DNA from: Phoronis australis
Taxonomy: Eukaryota > Animalia > Phoronida
Length of the DNA stretch: 64,000 nucleotides
Assembly (NCBI GenBank): GCA_002633005.1
Contig: NMRA01000371.1
Coordinates: 1-64,000, forward strand
Direction of reading: 5' to 3'
Part shown: positions 36,816 through 51,227 of the stretch, piece by piece
How positions within the stretch are numbered: position 1 is the stretch's first letter
How the letters are laid out: the number at the start of each line of letters is the position of its first letter
Notes under the pieces: model-generated
What the model was told of the DNA's origin: nothing
Seen by the model: only the letters and a program-made list of their open reading frames with translations
Database searches by the model: none
Translations under genes and position numbers: made by a program

Positions 36816-37937
36816 CCTGTGCATGTTCACGGCGCCTCTGTAGTATTTCTTGATCAGTGTATTCCGGTTCGAACTGATAGCCTGTGAAACCTAACGATCC
36901 AACCCGTGAAGTCTTCGTCGCCTGAGCTCTTGACTAAGTCGGGATTCAGTTGGCGCGGCGCGAGTTGCCGTTTATTAGTAGACGTTTATTATTCTGCGTT
37001 CTGTTTCAAAATGAATTATTCTCATCCCAACCAATGCTTATATGAAACTGAAACAAAGTCTGTCTCATTAGATACAATTTGTAATGCCTTGGAGTGCTTG
37101 TGAGTGCAAATGTTTTGAGAAGCCAGCAATGAATAAACCACTGCCGGTTACCGGCTTTTGATGCCGGCAACAACGGTAATTGACCGGGCACCGAGGCCGT
37201 GTGAGCGCATGCTAATTCAGTGTTTGCTGACAGAAAGCTGTTTTGAAACAATTACTTGATTTTATGTGCTATGGCCACATGTTAGGGGAATCCTTATTTA
37301 GAAATACAAATACATTATTCACATCATTGTTACTGTACAACCTTTGCCCTGACGGTCTGTGGAAGGGGAACCCGACATCGCGGCCCCCGACAAGTGAGTA
37401 GATTTTCAGTTTCATGGCTAATTCCCATAAATAATTACGTGCACATTATTTCTTTGGCTCACTGTTATAGTCTTTTCGTGACTGGAGGTTTAGTTTCCAA
37501 CTCAAGCTGATTTTGTTCGTGTCAGTCCCACGGCCGTGACTGGCCTGATCGGGTTCCGAACCACTGGCCGGGAAAACGAGTCAGTCCGGTCGCGACGGGC
37601 CTGATCGGGTTCCGAGCCACTGGCCGGCCGGATAAGCGTTTTGTGTTTTTATCACAAGTATAACAACACAGATCTAGGTTCTCCTGTCTGTATTTCACGG
37701 AAGAATGCTTAGAATTTATCTCCGAACAGACCCCAAACTCCTCAGTGCTACGGACCAATTGGTAAATTAGCCTGTCGATCTTTGTAGGCTAGGGTGTGTC
37801 CAAATACCAGTAAATCCGTAACAGCGAAATAAAACAACACGTTTTTATAAGAACTCGGTGTATTTTTAAGGGCTTTACATCGAAGTTTGATGATTTATTG
37901 GTGTTAAACGATGAATTCAAGCTATAAGCTGACATCA

Positions 37938-40900
37938 TAGTTGAGACGAAAATGGCCCCCCGTGCACCCCCGGACTTCAACTAATAAGTTACATTTTTGC
38001 AAAGAGAAATAAGGGTGAAAACCGAAGACAGATGTTAACAAGCCGAAAGAGTGTCCCACGTGTGTTTTTTATGCAAATTAGTGCCGCCATTACCAATTTT
38101 TCGTTATTTGACGATATCGGACTTTTTTTCTTCTTGTAATTGAACAAATCAAGTGTGAAAACTGATATTTTGAGGGTCAAGCATTACGGAGGAACTTTCT
38201 TTATAATCTATTGCATCTGATTTGCATTATACGACTACTTACAATCAAAAATACACTGAAAGCATACATAAGCCAATATAAACATTAAAATAATGTACAA
38301 CTTTCAGTGCTTATATAATCAGCAACAAAAAAAATAATATCTCAAGGAAAAAAATGAAGTGAAATGAAAGCAGAAATGTGGGCAGTCATTAGGTGCCGAT
38401 GTCACTGATTACATGTTCCATCACTCCATGTTACGTTCATCGCTTTCCGTGAAACTGCCATACAACTCGTCACTTTCCTCTTCCACTTCACAAACATCTT
38501 TGAGCAAGGTATAAATCAATGAGTTTGGTAAAATAGGACCACACGGCAACACTGATTCTAACACTTCTTCGTCAGTCCTTATCCACCCTTCTCCTCCGTC
38601 ATAAGGTTTTGGCTGTTTAATTATACGAGTTAGCAAGCGTGCTTGTACAAAGCGACACGGTGATTTGCTCGTTGGATGTGAGGTTTCCGTGCAGCTAGGC
38701 GCAGGGGAAGTCGAGCAAGGTCAACCATGGACTTGTAGGTGAGAATATCATCTTCACCAACCATATAGCGCAACATCTTGGTACGAGTAGCATATATCGA
38801 TTACTCACGACTCTTACATGAAGCAGGTGAACTCATCCATCCCTTTCATAACTTCAGAACGTACAACTCAATCAACGCCAAGTTGCCTGAATGCTCGGCG
38901 AAACTTTGGATTCTTTTCCAGTTTTTAAGGGAGCCAGCTTTTCATTCCCTTTTAAAATCACTGATGCAATCTTTTCCAGCATATATGTAAAATCCAAGTA
39001 CAGTTTCACAATAACTTTTTCCCAACGAATTTTGGCCAGGTTGGAGAGATTCAGTGGTCGCCGATGCTTCCCAAACTCCGTAACTAGATATATCAACTTC
39101 ATGGCGTAAGTATGATGCAGCAGAATTACAAAGAAGAATTAAGTGTAAGGGGTTCTGACACGGCGTTTCTGTACCCAAGTGAGGCAAAGTACTGAAGGTA
39201 CAAAACATTTCTTGTGTCTCTTCTTGATTGCTGTATATATGTGGGTGCTCCCGAGTATGAACCTAAAACATCAGATTAATTTACTGTATTACATCGCAGA
39301 TTGTCTTAAAGCAAGAAATACTCAGAAAGTTTTGTTCTGAAAAAAGATTGTGGGCTCCTCGCCATCGGATGTAACACGTTCATGGGCTTTTCTGTCTATA
39401 ATCAGGATGGTCATCTCGCTCTTCTCCAACCTGGAAACTGGCTTCTCACTACTCCAAACTTACAGTAACAGTTGTCACAGTTGCGTTTTGTAGTCATCGT
39501 TTGCAAGAAAGGTTTTGAAGTCGTACGGTTTTCGTATGTTGTCCACCCACTGCCACGTGGCAACCGTTCCTGGTCTTTGATAGATTCAGGGAGATAGCTG
39601 ACAGTCGAGAACAAGAAGTGCTTCTTCGACGCTATCATACTTGTAAATAGATTTCACCACATATTGGAGGGAGATTCGCTAACGTGTGGAGAAGTGTCGT
39701 GCCATCCCGGATGAATAGAGCATTCTCAGAATAATGAAAGTCTTCTGGAGCAATGTCTTCCAGAAGATAATGCAGAAAGGAGGCTTTGCTGGACTTGAAA
39801 AAGGCCATCTATTGTTCCAAGATGGAGCTTCTGCTTGGAGACTTCGTTGTCGGTTTCGACCTGAATTGCTTTATCTTTGGAAGTTTCAAAACCAGACTTC
39901 ACCTCTTAAATTATGATTCCTCAAGCACTGTTGACGATGTTGCTGCCCTGTACATTCGTGGTCATTTTATTAGAATTGTCTCACTCACAATGGGATACAC
40001 TGTACATTGTTTACCTTCCTTTGTAAGTTGATGAGTTTACACATCCCCCATCACATTTGCCAAAGCGGTTTCAAAATCTAAGATGAAGTCATAGCTCTCC
40101 GAGTGACCCGGCCAGTTTGTGCAATATATAAGTAGTAAGCTGCTTGCTTCGAAACAATTTTCTGATGGTCACACAAAGAAGAACATGCTTTGCCTGTAAC
40201 TTCCACTTTCCGTTGAAACAGCCAAAATGATAGTGTCACCTCTGTCAATTTTTGTGAAGTTGACCTGGTTTTCCAATAGACCTGCTTTGAAACGATTCTA
40301 TAGTTTCTCAGAACGGTACCTAAGATTCCCATGCCCGTTCCGTTTTACTTCCTCAACGTAAAGCAAACGGAAGGAAGAGAGACCTTGAATGACATCATTT
40401 TGTTGGACGATGTGAGTTTTAAGCTGTGGTAGTTTTTGCACTCCTGTTCGTCTCTGATTGCATAATGCTGTAAAATTGCCATGTTCACTTACAGAAACTA
40501 AATGAAGAATGCACACGGGTAGAGACTGATCTTTGGCTTCAGTTGATAAGCTTTGATCTCGTTTTCTTTTAGGCATGATTTTTACATCTGCCAAGATAGC
40601 TGCCTTAATTTCGAAAGCCGTCCTATTTCCCTGTCCCCCACATTGGATTCGCTCTGATTGACATGGCAACAACCGATTGTATATTTTTATGTCAGTTCGT
40701 ATTGCAAGACGTTTTTTACGTCAAAAGCTGACTTACACCTTTGATGTGTTATCATGTGACTGTCTTAGAAACAATGTTCCTCTTTTCAAAAGATGAGAAA
40801 AGTTGTTTCATTTATTGAAACTAAAATGTATTTTGGTTGAGCTGCAATCTAAACATGATGTCACAGTTTGTTTTCATTTATGCCGTCATTATCAAAGTCC

Positions 40901-41259
40901 TGAATTTAGATAAAAATAGCGGATTTTCATGCCCCACACAACGTTTCTTTTCCGTATGTTGAGTGTTATGTACATGGAAGATAACTTTTATCAATTACTT
41001 GTAGTTCTAATGTAATGATTGACCCACAAAACAGAAGCCCAGACGCACCTTTTTCAATTATATGAAATAGTCGGGGAGATATGGCGAAATATAGCAAAAT
41101 CGGTAATGGTGCACTAATTTGCATAAAAACATACGGGGGACATTTTTTGGCTTGTTAACATCGTTTTTCTGTTTTCACACATAATTTCCTTCATAAAAAT
41201 GCAACTTTGAAGTTGAAGTCCGGGGAGTGCACGGGGGCGGGCATTTTTCGACTAGACTA
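37938..41259 (-). mobile_element. Academ-like DNA transposon with decayed transposase (~38421-40580)
   Basis: TAG...CTA termini, ~180-bp imperfect TIRs (ccccgtgcac..ccggacttcaac), imperfect 3-bp TSD tca/cca; PHIQRANHRVALYK and GEGW..LES..PCGPILP motifs. Confidence 0.75.
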
Positions 41260-42099
41260 CCAGTAACCCGTGTTGTGAACTGCTTTACAGACTGCGTGTG
41301 AAACCAATTACGTCATTGGATAATTTCAACACCTCCGTCTGCCGTCAGGTAAAGCAACCGAACGTGCTGCTGTCGAGTAGAACTACTCGATATAAATTGA
41401 TACAAAATAGGTTGTTCTTTGGGTGGCATTCTCCTTTAATCCGTGTGAGGCATAATTCGCCGAAAAGCTTCCGACGTATGAAGCTCCTGTAGAAGCTTCG
41501 CCGTCTCTACTAGCGCCAGTCGAGGTGGTGGTACTGTCTAAAGCAACGAGATAAATGTAGCTCTTTGGTCTTAAGTACGCGTTAATCATGAACAGAACGA
41601 TGATCGTTTATTAAGAACTAAAAATACGCGTGGATTAAGCAAAAGTGCACGCAGAAAGGTACTCCTTTAAAAACCCTTTGACCCTTCGTAACTCACCAAC
41701 GTCTTCCAAAGATGACATCACGTGGCGGAAACAAAAAAATCACTTTTTCTATAAAATTCAAAATTCATCAATTATTTCCCAAAACAAGAGTTTCTTTAGT
41801 TAAATTCCAAGTTACAAAATTCTTACACGCTCTCTAAAACCTCAAATAGTGCAAAAATTATAGTCTGCCCCTTGAATAATCACAATTCAATGCGCAGAAA
41901 GGAACTTTTTGGTACTCCACAGATTTTGGCTGCGTCGCGACCTATAAGAGTAAATAAGTAATTTTTTATTATAGTAACATGTGTTCAAATGAATTTAAAC
42001 AATGAATACGTTACAAATACTAGGAACACCCAGCCCTCCACGGGGCTTATAAGTCACTTTAGATACATGATACATAAAAGAAAAGACAAGACAAGTGTA

Positions 42100-43870
42100 C
42101 ACGCATTGCAAGAGGACCAGAAAGAAAAGGCCGAGATAAAAGTGATCATAAATAAAAATAATTTTTCCTTACTTCAAAAATATTTTTGATGAAAACTGAA
42201 GTTTTTCTACTAACATCTTTTTGCCTGATTGTATTTAGTTTACTTTCACAGCTTTCTGCACGGAATCGTGGATATTTAATCTCAGCTTGACAGTAAAAGG
42301 TGTTTCTGGCATCTAAGAAAAACGGACACTCAAACAGAAAATGTAGTTCAGTTTCGACCTGACAAAGACAGCAAATTCTGTCATCAAATTCTAGATGTAG
42401 GGTTCCAGTTCTAATTTGAGCAAGAATTGACCTACTAGGCCGAGTTAAGTCTAAATGCACGTAAGGCTCCACTTAAAAAACATTCTTCATCAACTTAACT
42501 TTGGTTTCGAACAGCTTTCAAACAACCACCTATTACAGGCCAAATCATGCAGAATATTCTTACAGTGAGACAGATTAACTGAACGTAAGTTATGAAAACA
42601 ATCCGAAATCCTTAATTCTTCAAAAATGCTCTAAACTTCAGAAGACCAATCATTAGTACAAGTAGTGTAGTCCCACCAAAATATTCGGTATGTTAGTCTA
42701 TCATCCTCGAAATTAATAATACGATTCCACATTCTCAAAAGCTCAATTTTCCGCCTAACACTGGGGATTCCCACCCCATGTCACCCATAACAGCATGATT
42801 AGGAGCGAATTTGTGAACGCCCAAGAAAAATCGGCTCTATTCTGAATGACATCATAATCGTGTAGACTAGAGCTGCCCCAGACACCTACACAATAATCTC
42901 TAACAGGGACAACACAAGCATTGAATAATGTAGTGAATGTTCTGTTCCTCATATTTTTATTCTTTTTAAATTTATTAACTAAAGCGCCCAAAGCTCTTCC
43001 GGCAGATTCGGACAGAGTTTTAGCAGTTTCAGAAACTTCAAATGTTCATTTAAAATTATTCCTAAATATTTATATTTGGGTACATATTCTAGGTCTAGTC
43101 GACCCAACCGAAATGAATATAAACTACGAGAGACATGCTTAGATTTGAAGTGAATAATATTATTTTTTCCTGATTGACTATTAGCCTCCATTTAAAGCAC
43201 CATTTATCAACTATATTCAATAAACCCTGTAAATTTTCTTCGCTCTCGGCAAGTACCACTATATCATCAGCATAAAACAAAGATGAAACATTATCAGCAC
43301 CGATAGGAATTCCCGACTAAATTTGACTGTTTTATTTCCGTTACCAAATAGTGCAAAAAGAGCAGTTGATAAAACATCTCCTTGTTTGACCGCACAAGAT
43401 ATTCTTAATCTTAACACAGGATTGAGTTTCGGCATAAATATTTTTAACCGATTCATTAAACTTTCCAACTATCATAAGATCCAAAATTTTAAAAAGTAAA
43501 TTATTTCTATCAACCCAGTCAAAAGCTTTTTGCATATCAATAAAAATCGCAACTGTGGATTGTTTGTTATTCAAGCGATTACGTATAATCGAGGTCAAAA
43601 CAAAGACGTGATCAAAACATGCTCTGTCACGACGAAAGCCATTTTGCTCATCAACAAGGAGCCCGTTTTCCTTCGCGTACTCCACCAGACTATTGTTCAA
43701 TACACTACTATACAACTTGTATACGTTAGACAACAAGCTGATACCTCTATATCTCAGCGGGATGCGCGGGTCCTCCTCTGACCCCTTTGGAATAGGCATA
43801 ATAACGGATTTAGCCCATAAACTAGGAACTATACCGCAACTGAACGAAAAACCATATAATACGTCTTCGC
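42100..43870 (-). mobile_element. 5'-truncated LINE (RTEX-like), decayed ORF2
   Basis: YRGISLL, EQNGFR, FIDMQKAFD, VKQGD.LS, FYADDIV, YKYLG and C-terminal RTG.LHLE..ICCLCQVETELHFLFEC zinc knuckle. Confidence 0.85.
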
Positions 43871-43905
43871 AGTAACGATTGGTGTTTGCACATGCGCAGC
43901 CGGTA

Positions 43906-46444
43906 TAGCTGGGCAGATAAGTGCAGATATGCACCGGAATCGTGTAAATGATGATACAAGCACCAAATTTTCCATGATGACTCATAATGGCATTCTTAAG
44001 AGATTTGTCCGACTAGCCACCGGAAAATCCAAAATGGCGGCCATTTTTGAAGATGGCCGCCACCCAGTGTTCGCGATATATATGATTTTCCTTTTTATCT
44101 ACCCAACCGATTTTTGCGATCTTGGTGTCACTCTACCAGAAAGCGAACCAGAAGGAGATACCATCATCATTGATGGCTCAACTCTGATTAATTCCAGACA
44201 AGTACCTCCGCGGAACTCAGTCATTTGAGTGTTCGCGATAATGATTTTCCTTGTAAATCAGTATCTACCCAATCGATTTTAGCGATCTTGGTGTCAATTA
44301 TTCTAGTTTTGGGTACGCTCAATTCATTTTGGACACTGTGAACACTTTCAATTACACATATTGTCAGGATATAGGCAATTATACACTTTAATTCGGTCAA
44401 TTTATATGATTTTTGTCTGGTTGAATGCTTTGGTCATGCTGCATTTGTCTTGTATCCATAGCTGATTATATATTAAGCATGGGGTGTACCGGTGTAGAGG
44501 AAGAGGTAGTACCTTTGTTTTAGCAGTCAGCCACATCGCCTGGATGGACTTCTGGCACTGGTCTTCACCGCTATGCCAACTCTCACTTATGGCTCCAAGA
44601 AGTTGCTGGTGTGCAGCAACGGCCACATCCCGGGACACCGCGTTGGTTCGCGGGCAAAACTATAGGTGAGAGTAACACACAAAAGCTGTGTGTATGAGAG
44701 CTAAAGCATGTCTGCCTCTAAACATACTGAACATGAAGATGACGGGTCATGACTTGAAAACAATGTCTGGTGAGTAATTGTCTGGCACTACCAGGGCACA
44801 CTGGTGACAATTACTGCTGTGAAACTCAGCATGGGGTTCAATGTCAGCTGAATAGGAATCTTTATTAGATATACCGGGCGTGCGTTCAGTAGACGCTAGG
44901 ACCTAGCTAAAACCTAGTCACAGTCACGTGTTCTTATTTAAAATACACGGCAATATCTCACGTAATCACGCGAAGTCTTGCTTTTTAGCGAGGTCCTAGC
45001 GTTACTGAACGAGAGGCTGTTTAGTGTCCCAAATGCTGCTTAATCTATCCCATCACTTAAGCAGTCGCACTTGAATTGACAGGATGTGCCAGCGCGGGAA
45101 AGCCGAGCCAAGGATAATGGGGTTCATAGTTATCCGGATGGTGTACAGATCGGACGGGACTTAAATAGCGTTGGATGAACGATCGGGCTAGGAGTAGGGC
45201 AAAATGCATGAACCTAGTCGTATCCCATACAGTAAAGTGCCCGAGACACATGGTGGTAAAAGGATAAATCCTCGACCCTGCGTACCATAAAATAACAATG
45301 GCTTCAAGTAAAACATTTTGGCGCACCAACTGGGACAAATGTTGCCTTTGTCAAACGGAGATGAAGAAAGATACCAAGTCTCCACTTTCAAATCCTTCGA
45401 AACGGCAAGATGACGGATACAGCCAGTTGGGGAGGAATATTCCTCGACTTCATTCTCTCACAATGAATTGTCAATAAATCTGGATCCTGCAAGACTTGAC
45501 GATGGCAACGTGATAGGGAACACTTTGAGAAAGAACAATGATCAGTACCATTCCAGCAGCAGGCTGCTCTTCTGCAATACGAAGTTGCAGCGAGCTGAAA
45601 AAGATCACCAGCCCTTGTAGCAGACATTGGTGACAATAGCAACAACAGCAAAGTACCAAGAAGAATCACAGACCCCAAGACGACTGAATGCTTCTTGTGT
45701 GAGGAGGAAGGGGAACCCTGAGACAAGCTATGACCTTGAAATTCAACCACAAAATCAATGAATGTGCCGACTCTCAATGATGGTATGCTCCTAGCAAAAC
45801 TGAGTGCCGGAGATGACATTGCACAAGAAGTAAAATATCACCCAGCATGCTTGGTGGCTCTGTACAACAGAGAGGGCATTTCTGATACCCGACTGAAAGG
45901 AACGGTTGCTGTTCCACATTCCAAAATTAGAAGCTCATCACCAAGGGCGAGGTCGTTGTGAACGAATTCAGTAAAGGAATGAATAATAGACAATAGATTC
46001 TGAACAATATATGATTGTGTGTTATTATTTTAGCATTAATGTGATGTTCATGTTCGACTAAATTTGTGATTTATGATTCCGTCCATTTATTTTGTATTTG
46101 ATGTGCGAGAGCACAGTTCCGTTTCTCGTTAATTAAATGCATTTTGGTGTTGTATTTTTTGTTTAATATATTAATAGTTGCTCACATGGTGTTAAAATGC
46201 TTCTTTAAATATTAAAAATGAATTCAGCATATCCAAAAACATACAATTTGAGTTCATGAGACAGATTTATGAGGAAAAGCATTACCCGCAAGCACCAAAT
46301 GGCGGCCACTTTGTAAAATGGCCGCCATTTTGGATTTTTAGGTGGCTAGTCGGGCAGATCTGTTGAGTATACCTTAGGAAGTCACCATGCCAATTTTGGT
46401 GCTTGTATCATCGAGTGCATGATTTTTCTACTATCTGCCAGCTA
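43906..46444 (+). mobile_element. Academ-like non-autonomous transposon
   Basis: TAGCTGG...CCAGCTA termini, ~150-bp imperfect TIRs, perfect 3-bp TSD GTA; internal LLAKLSAGDDIAQEVKYHPACLVALYNR (~45785-45872) and IIDGSTLI remnants. Confidence 0.82.
44877..45017. mobile_element. ~140-bp MITE, copy 2, nested in the Academ element
   Basis: Reverse complement of 641-793. Confidence 0.8.
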
Positions 46445-46685
46445 GTATGAAACACCTCGTTTAGAAGTGACCTGAATATTTGTGAAGGAAAGCGAGTTTA
46501 TAACCGCTTTAATAAATCCATTCGCAGGGACTCTTGGGCAGATAAACTTAACAATTAAGACTGAAACTGTGTGATTATATGTTTACTAACTTATCTCTGT
46601 GTTAATCGTTAGATAGTTTTTACCGGCCAGGAAGCCACTGTTCATGCAGTGAACTCACGACAACAGAAACCCAAGCCCCACTGAC

Positions 46686-46830
46686 GTGAAAAAACAAAAA
46701 TGGCAACGACAACAGAGACCGCAACAACAGCACGCGAGACAGCAACAACAGCACGTGAGACAGCAACCACAGTACAGAAGGCAGCAGCAACAAACACACG
46801 ATTGCCGTCGCTGTGGAACACATCACACAG
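46686..46830 (+). pseudogene. Gln-rich repeat plus CRRCGTHH partial zinc knuckle; probable gag C-terminal fragment
   Basis: QQQHARQQQQHVRQQ followed by C-x2-C-x3-H. Confidence 0.45.
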
Positions 46831-46836
46831 AAACTG

Positions 46837-46994
46837 CAGCTGCGGATTTAGAAGGGGGAACGGGGGCCATGTCTCCCCCCCCTAAAATTCTTCAAGTTCA
46901 TTTGGCACTTCGGGGATGCGAATGTCTCATAGGTAAAATCTTGGCTAATATTCTGCCCAGGCCTCCCTAACTCAAAATCCTGGACCCGCCCTTG
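46837..46994. mobile_element. Small MITE-like element
   Basis: Imperfect TIR cagctgcggatttag / cctggacccgcccttg with an internal G-rich/C-rich hairpin. Confidence 0.45.
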
Positions 46995-47289
46995 AACTGT
47001 GCCACTTAATGAAGAATACTTGAATAAAAAATCTGCAGATTTGTACAGTAGTTGGAAAACGGATGTTTTGTGAGTCTTGAACACGGGTGAGGAGCCATTT
47101 TCTTCGAAGTCATCCCTTAAGGGAAAATGGACGTCAGGGAAAAGTCAACCTTTTCAGCGGCACGTCGTCGGACAACTCTTAGTTCTATGGAAGCATGTGG
47201 ATATTGGAATAATGGCAAAGCGAAGTAATAGTGGCGTTTTGTTCAAACCTGCACCAACACTACCCGTATATGAAGGACAAATTAGAAGT

Positions 47290-48363
47290 TTTCTTCAGTT
47301 GAAACAATGTAGAGTTAGTTTTTATGCAGACGACACAGCCCTTTCTTTGCTGCTTTAGTCAATAGATGAAGTCAATGCCACCTCAGCAGAAGAAATGAAT
47401 CGTGTTTATGCTTGGCTTGTGGAGAACAAACTCACACTGAATGTTAATAAAATCAAGGTGATGGTAGCAGAGGCTGGGTGTGTCATTGTCTCCAACATTG
47501 CCATTACTATTAAGGGCATCCAGCTGGCAAGAACTGAGAAATATAAATATCTGGGTGTTATTATTGATAATAATTTAACATGGGATCAACATGTAGAGTA
47601 TGTGTGCAAAAGTTTCTCAGCGAATTGGGCTTTTGTACAGAGTCAGGAGCTATGTTGATCAGGCTAGTACTCTTCAGACTCTCCGGCAGTGTACAGGAGT
47701 CCACACTTTGATTACTGTGATGTGTGGGGCAATAGTGCATCAAACCTCCGGGACAGACTTCAGAAATTACAAAACAAGGCTGGGAGGCCGATACTCAACT
47801 ATAGCGGCCTTTATAATGACTTTCCCATTTCTGACCTCCTCGATAAACTTTGCAGGTGCAGCCTGGTAAGCAGGCGTGCCTTTCATTTAAACTTTATAGT
47901 GCACAAAGACACACATAGCCTCACACCTAATTACCTTACTACTAACTTCAAGGCAGTCAATACTAGAGCGAGTGTTTCTGGCTGCCTGGTACCAGATAAA
48001 CCTAAAAACAACTGTGGCCAAAGAACCTTTGCCTACAGAGGTGTTGTCGCTTACAACGGTTTAGGGACTGCCGTCGCAAAAGCGTCCAATGTCCACGTCT
48101 TCAAACAGAATTCCTGGTTGGGTACTGCAGGCCTCAGCTCATTACTTTACCATTTTTTATCTTATTCATTCATCTAATTGTACATATCAACAAATTTTTA
48201 GACTAATTTATTTTATTTAATAACCTTTTCAATCTAACTGTACATAGCTGTCTGTATTTTACTTCATGTAATTATTTCCTACTGTGCATTGGCCCACTTG
48301 AAAATCGGTGTATTCACTGAGAAGTAGACACCCAGTCTTTTAAAGAAGTTTAAATAAATAAAA
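47290..48363 (+). mobile_element. 3' part of an L2/Crack-like LINE
   Basis: FYADDTA, NKLTLNVNK.K.M, YKYLGVIID.NL.W, PHFDYCDVWG, LQKLQNKAGR, FAYRG...YNGL; aataaataaa tail. Confidence 0.85.
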
Positions 48364-49747
48364 GATCTTGGTGAAAAAGAAGGAACTAGAGTAATTAAGT
48401 TCCCGATGATTACCGTAGATGAATCTCAGGCTTTCCAGTTACGAACATGAGTCGAATGATGAGACGATTTCCACAGTTAATAGCATAGGTGTGACCGACA
48501 ACTCTTGGAAGTCGTGACATTTTGAAGACAACGAAACCGCAAGTCATCGATTTTTCATTTTTATCAGATGTTCTATGATTTAGAAAACAACGGTCTGTGA
48601 CAGCTGATCTAACATTCGAAACTTTTAATAAACCAGCATGGCATCAATATATTTTGATATTAACTTATTGTTACAACATAAACACTTGGGAACTTTTCTC
48701 CGCGAGCCGCAGCGTATTGCTACGAGATTCATCACTCAAAAATCATTGCCCTAGAACAGCACGGGCAAGTAAGGTTGCCCTAACCGCATTCCATTCAAGA
48801 GACGAGAACTTGCCGATATCGTACGAGTATACTATTGATCCTTTTCCCCAGTGCAATAGGCGGTGTTGTAACGGGGAATGTAGGCTTACTTATCGTGTTT
48901 TCCCAGCCACGCAATTTCCTCAGCTTTAGTTTTCCCACCTAGGTCCCAACATTATGATGCCACACCTCGGGTTATTCACGATGTCCAGAAATTTTGACAT
49001 CAATAGGACAACAACACAAGTAAACATTGGTTTCGCTAAAAAATATCAAGCCTTTTGACAATTACTGATGGGCAAGCAATATTTTGGTGAAAACTAAAAT
49101 GACCAACATAGGTGCCAACGTAGTCAAATCTGTACAGATATCACCAGGTGCCGCTACATACAAGTCGCTGGTGACAGTGCATTCCTACAACACCTTGTGA
49201 CATTAACCCTTGCGTCAAGCTTCAGCATAATACGTCAAGTCCCTTCGCAAAAAACCGACAAACAAAACATTTGATATCAAAAACTAAAATGGCCAACAGG
49301 GAGTATCACAACAGCCAAACCCACAGGAAAATTGATTGATACCTACACATTCTCAAAATATATATCTGCCTCGAGTTTCAGCAAGGAATTGCTTGTCAAA
49401 AACCAAAATGGAAAGCAGGGGATGAAACAGTAGTCCGATCCCTCTGAAAATCGCCTGGTGCAGGCACATTCCTGTCATATAACTCTATGGCAAATTCGAT
49501 AAGTGAAGCAGCCTTGAGAAAATCGGCAGACAAGCAAAGCTTAACGTGGACAGATGACAGGATGCCAACTATATGTCACAACAAAATTGTTTTATGGACG
49601 CATAATGTAAACGATAATGACAATATATATTGTATGCACATTTTGGCGGCACTACAAAATATCCATAAACAAGAATTATACACCTCTGTGCAATAATGCA
49701 GGTCTCTAATAGTAATGGCACAGTGAATAGGTTAGTACTATAGCTGC

Positions 49748-49950
49748 GAATGAGTCATTTAATATAAGGATATACACTGTCACAGCATAGACAAATACAT
49801 TTGTTGACAAGACAGACATGCTGACCACAACAGCCAACGAGTCATTTAATATAAGGATATACATTGTCAGAGCATAGACCAATACATTTGTTGACCAGAC
49901 AGACATGCTGACCATGACATCGAATGAGTCATTTAATATAAGGATATACA
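49748..49950. repeat. 87-bp tandem repeat, about 2.3 copies
   Basis: gagtcatttaatataaggatataca at 49752, 49839 and 49926. Confidence 0.9.
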
Positions 49951-51060
49951 TATATAGCTGAATTTCAAAAAAAAAAATCTGTTCAGTTAGTCTATCCTAT
50001 CCTATCATTATGTGTTAAAAGCTCTTCTAGGTATGAGAGTACAATGTGTTAATATCCAGCTATTTAGTGTTCAGTACAAATAAGACATATCCATCTTCCT
50101 TGCAAGAAATGGAGACTGGCTTCATGTGTTGTCAAGGGATTTCACAAGTTCATAAATGCCACGAACTATTTTGATGAATTTTACACAGCAGTCTAGTGTT
50201 CATGGTTTCTGGGACCAAATCATTTGTAAAGAAACATCTTTTTATTTCGTCTATGTGTCTGTAGTAACCACCTTGGTCTTGCATAAGTAAGATTATATAC
50301 GCCACCTGTTGGACACATCACGTGAACTATAGTTAAGTCTTAAAAGATCTTTGCCCTGACTGGGGTTTAAACAACATTCAACTGTGCACATGCACTAGTC
50401 TACAGGGCTATTGGGCAAACCAGTCAATTACAGACTTAATAGGGAGCATATTTATACTTGTCTATGTTAGTGAAACTTTAAAAGACCTTTCATACCAACT
50501 TTTCTCCAGTACTAGAGGTAGCAATGATATAAACTGTAGTTGAACTTTCAGAGTGGTTTCAGCTGTTAACGGACAACAACGTTATTGCAGTTTGATGCAT
50601 GGGTCATCGAAATTATTGAAAGATGGTGCTCAAAAAATGTTATGCAGCTGTATTTTTTATGTAATGTACATGGTTAGGTAGAAAATGAAATGAAGTGCTT
50701 ATAATGGTAGAATTGTGAGTATTTGAAAACAAATATTGTAAAACAATAGCAAAACGAGTACTGTTATTGGCAGCAACACCTGCCCATAACTGCCGTTAAC
50801 CGATCATACTGACGCTCCACCATTAAATCCACCCGTTAACTGTATAGTTAACTTGATTATACTGACTGACATTTACCAAAACATCAATACAACAATATTG
50901 ATAAGAAAGGGCCTTTAGACAGTAACTGGACACTGATAATACTTCACACTTCAAAAGTGACTACATTGCGCATGTATCACCTTACAGCGCGTATAACGTT
51001 GCACTATGTTTAACATGGAACAATGAATTTCCTTCAACAGAAGGAGGTGACATCTACCGC

Positions 51061-51227
51061 TTAATGAATTCCATTAGGAATCGCACAAATTTCCGGACGA
51101 CTGGCATAATCTTCATCACTGAGAGGAAGCTCGACGGGTCTGCCCAGAAAATTGGAGATTTCGCATGCTGTGGCAATTTCCACCACCTTTAGACAGGATT
51201 CTTTCGTGATTTCCAGCGCTGTTTTGC
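51061..51227 (-). CDS. Gfo/Idh/MocA oxidoreductase, terminal coding exon
   Basis: ttgtcttctag acceptor, phase matches the previous exon; (G)KTALEITKESCLKVVEIATACEISNFLGRPVEL...NGIH*. Confidence 0.8.

Larger units (their letters stand above)
36391..41435 (+). mobile_element. Kolobok element (short TIR) containing a nested Academ
   Basis: TIR aggagaatg(t/c)caccc at both ends, TTAA at 36387-36390 and 41436-41439, THAP remnant near the left end. Confidence 0.8.

Noticed and set aside
43341-43985. 214-aa ORF as a gene
   Set aside because: Chimera of the Academ TIR and a frameshifted LINE RT
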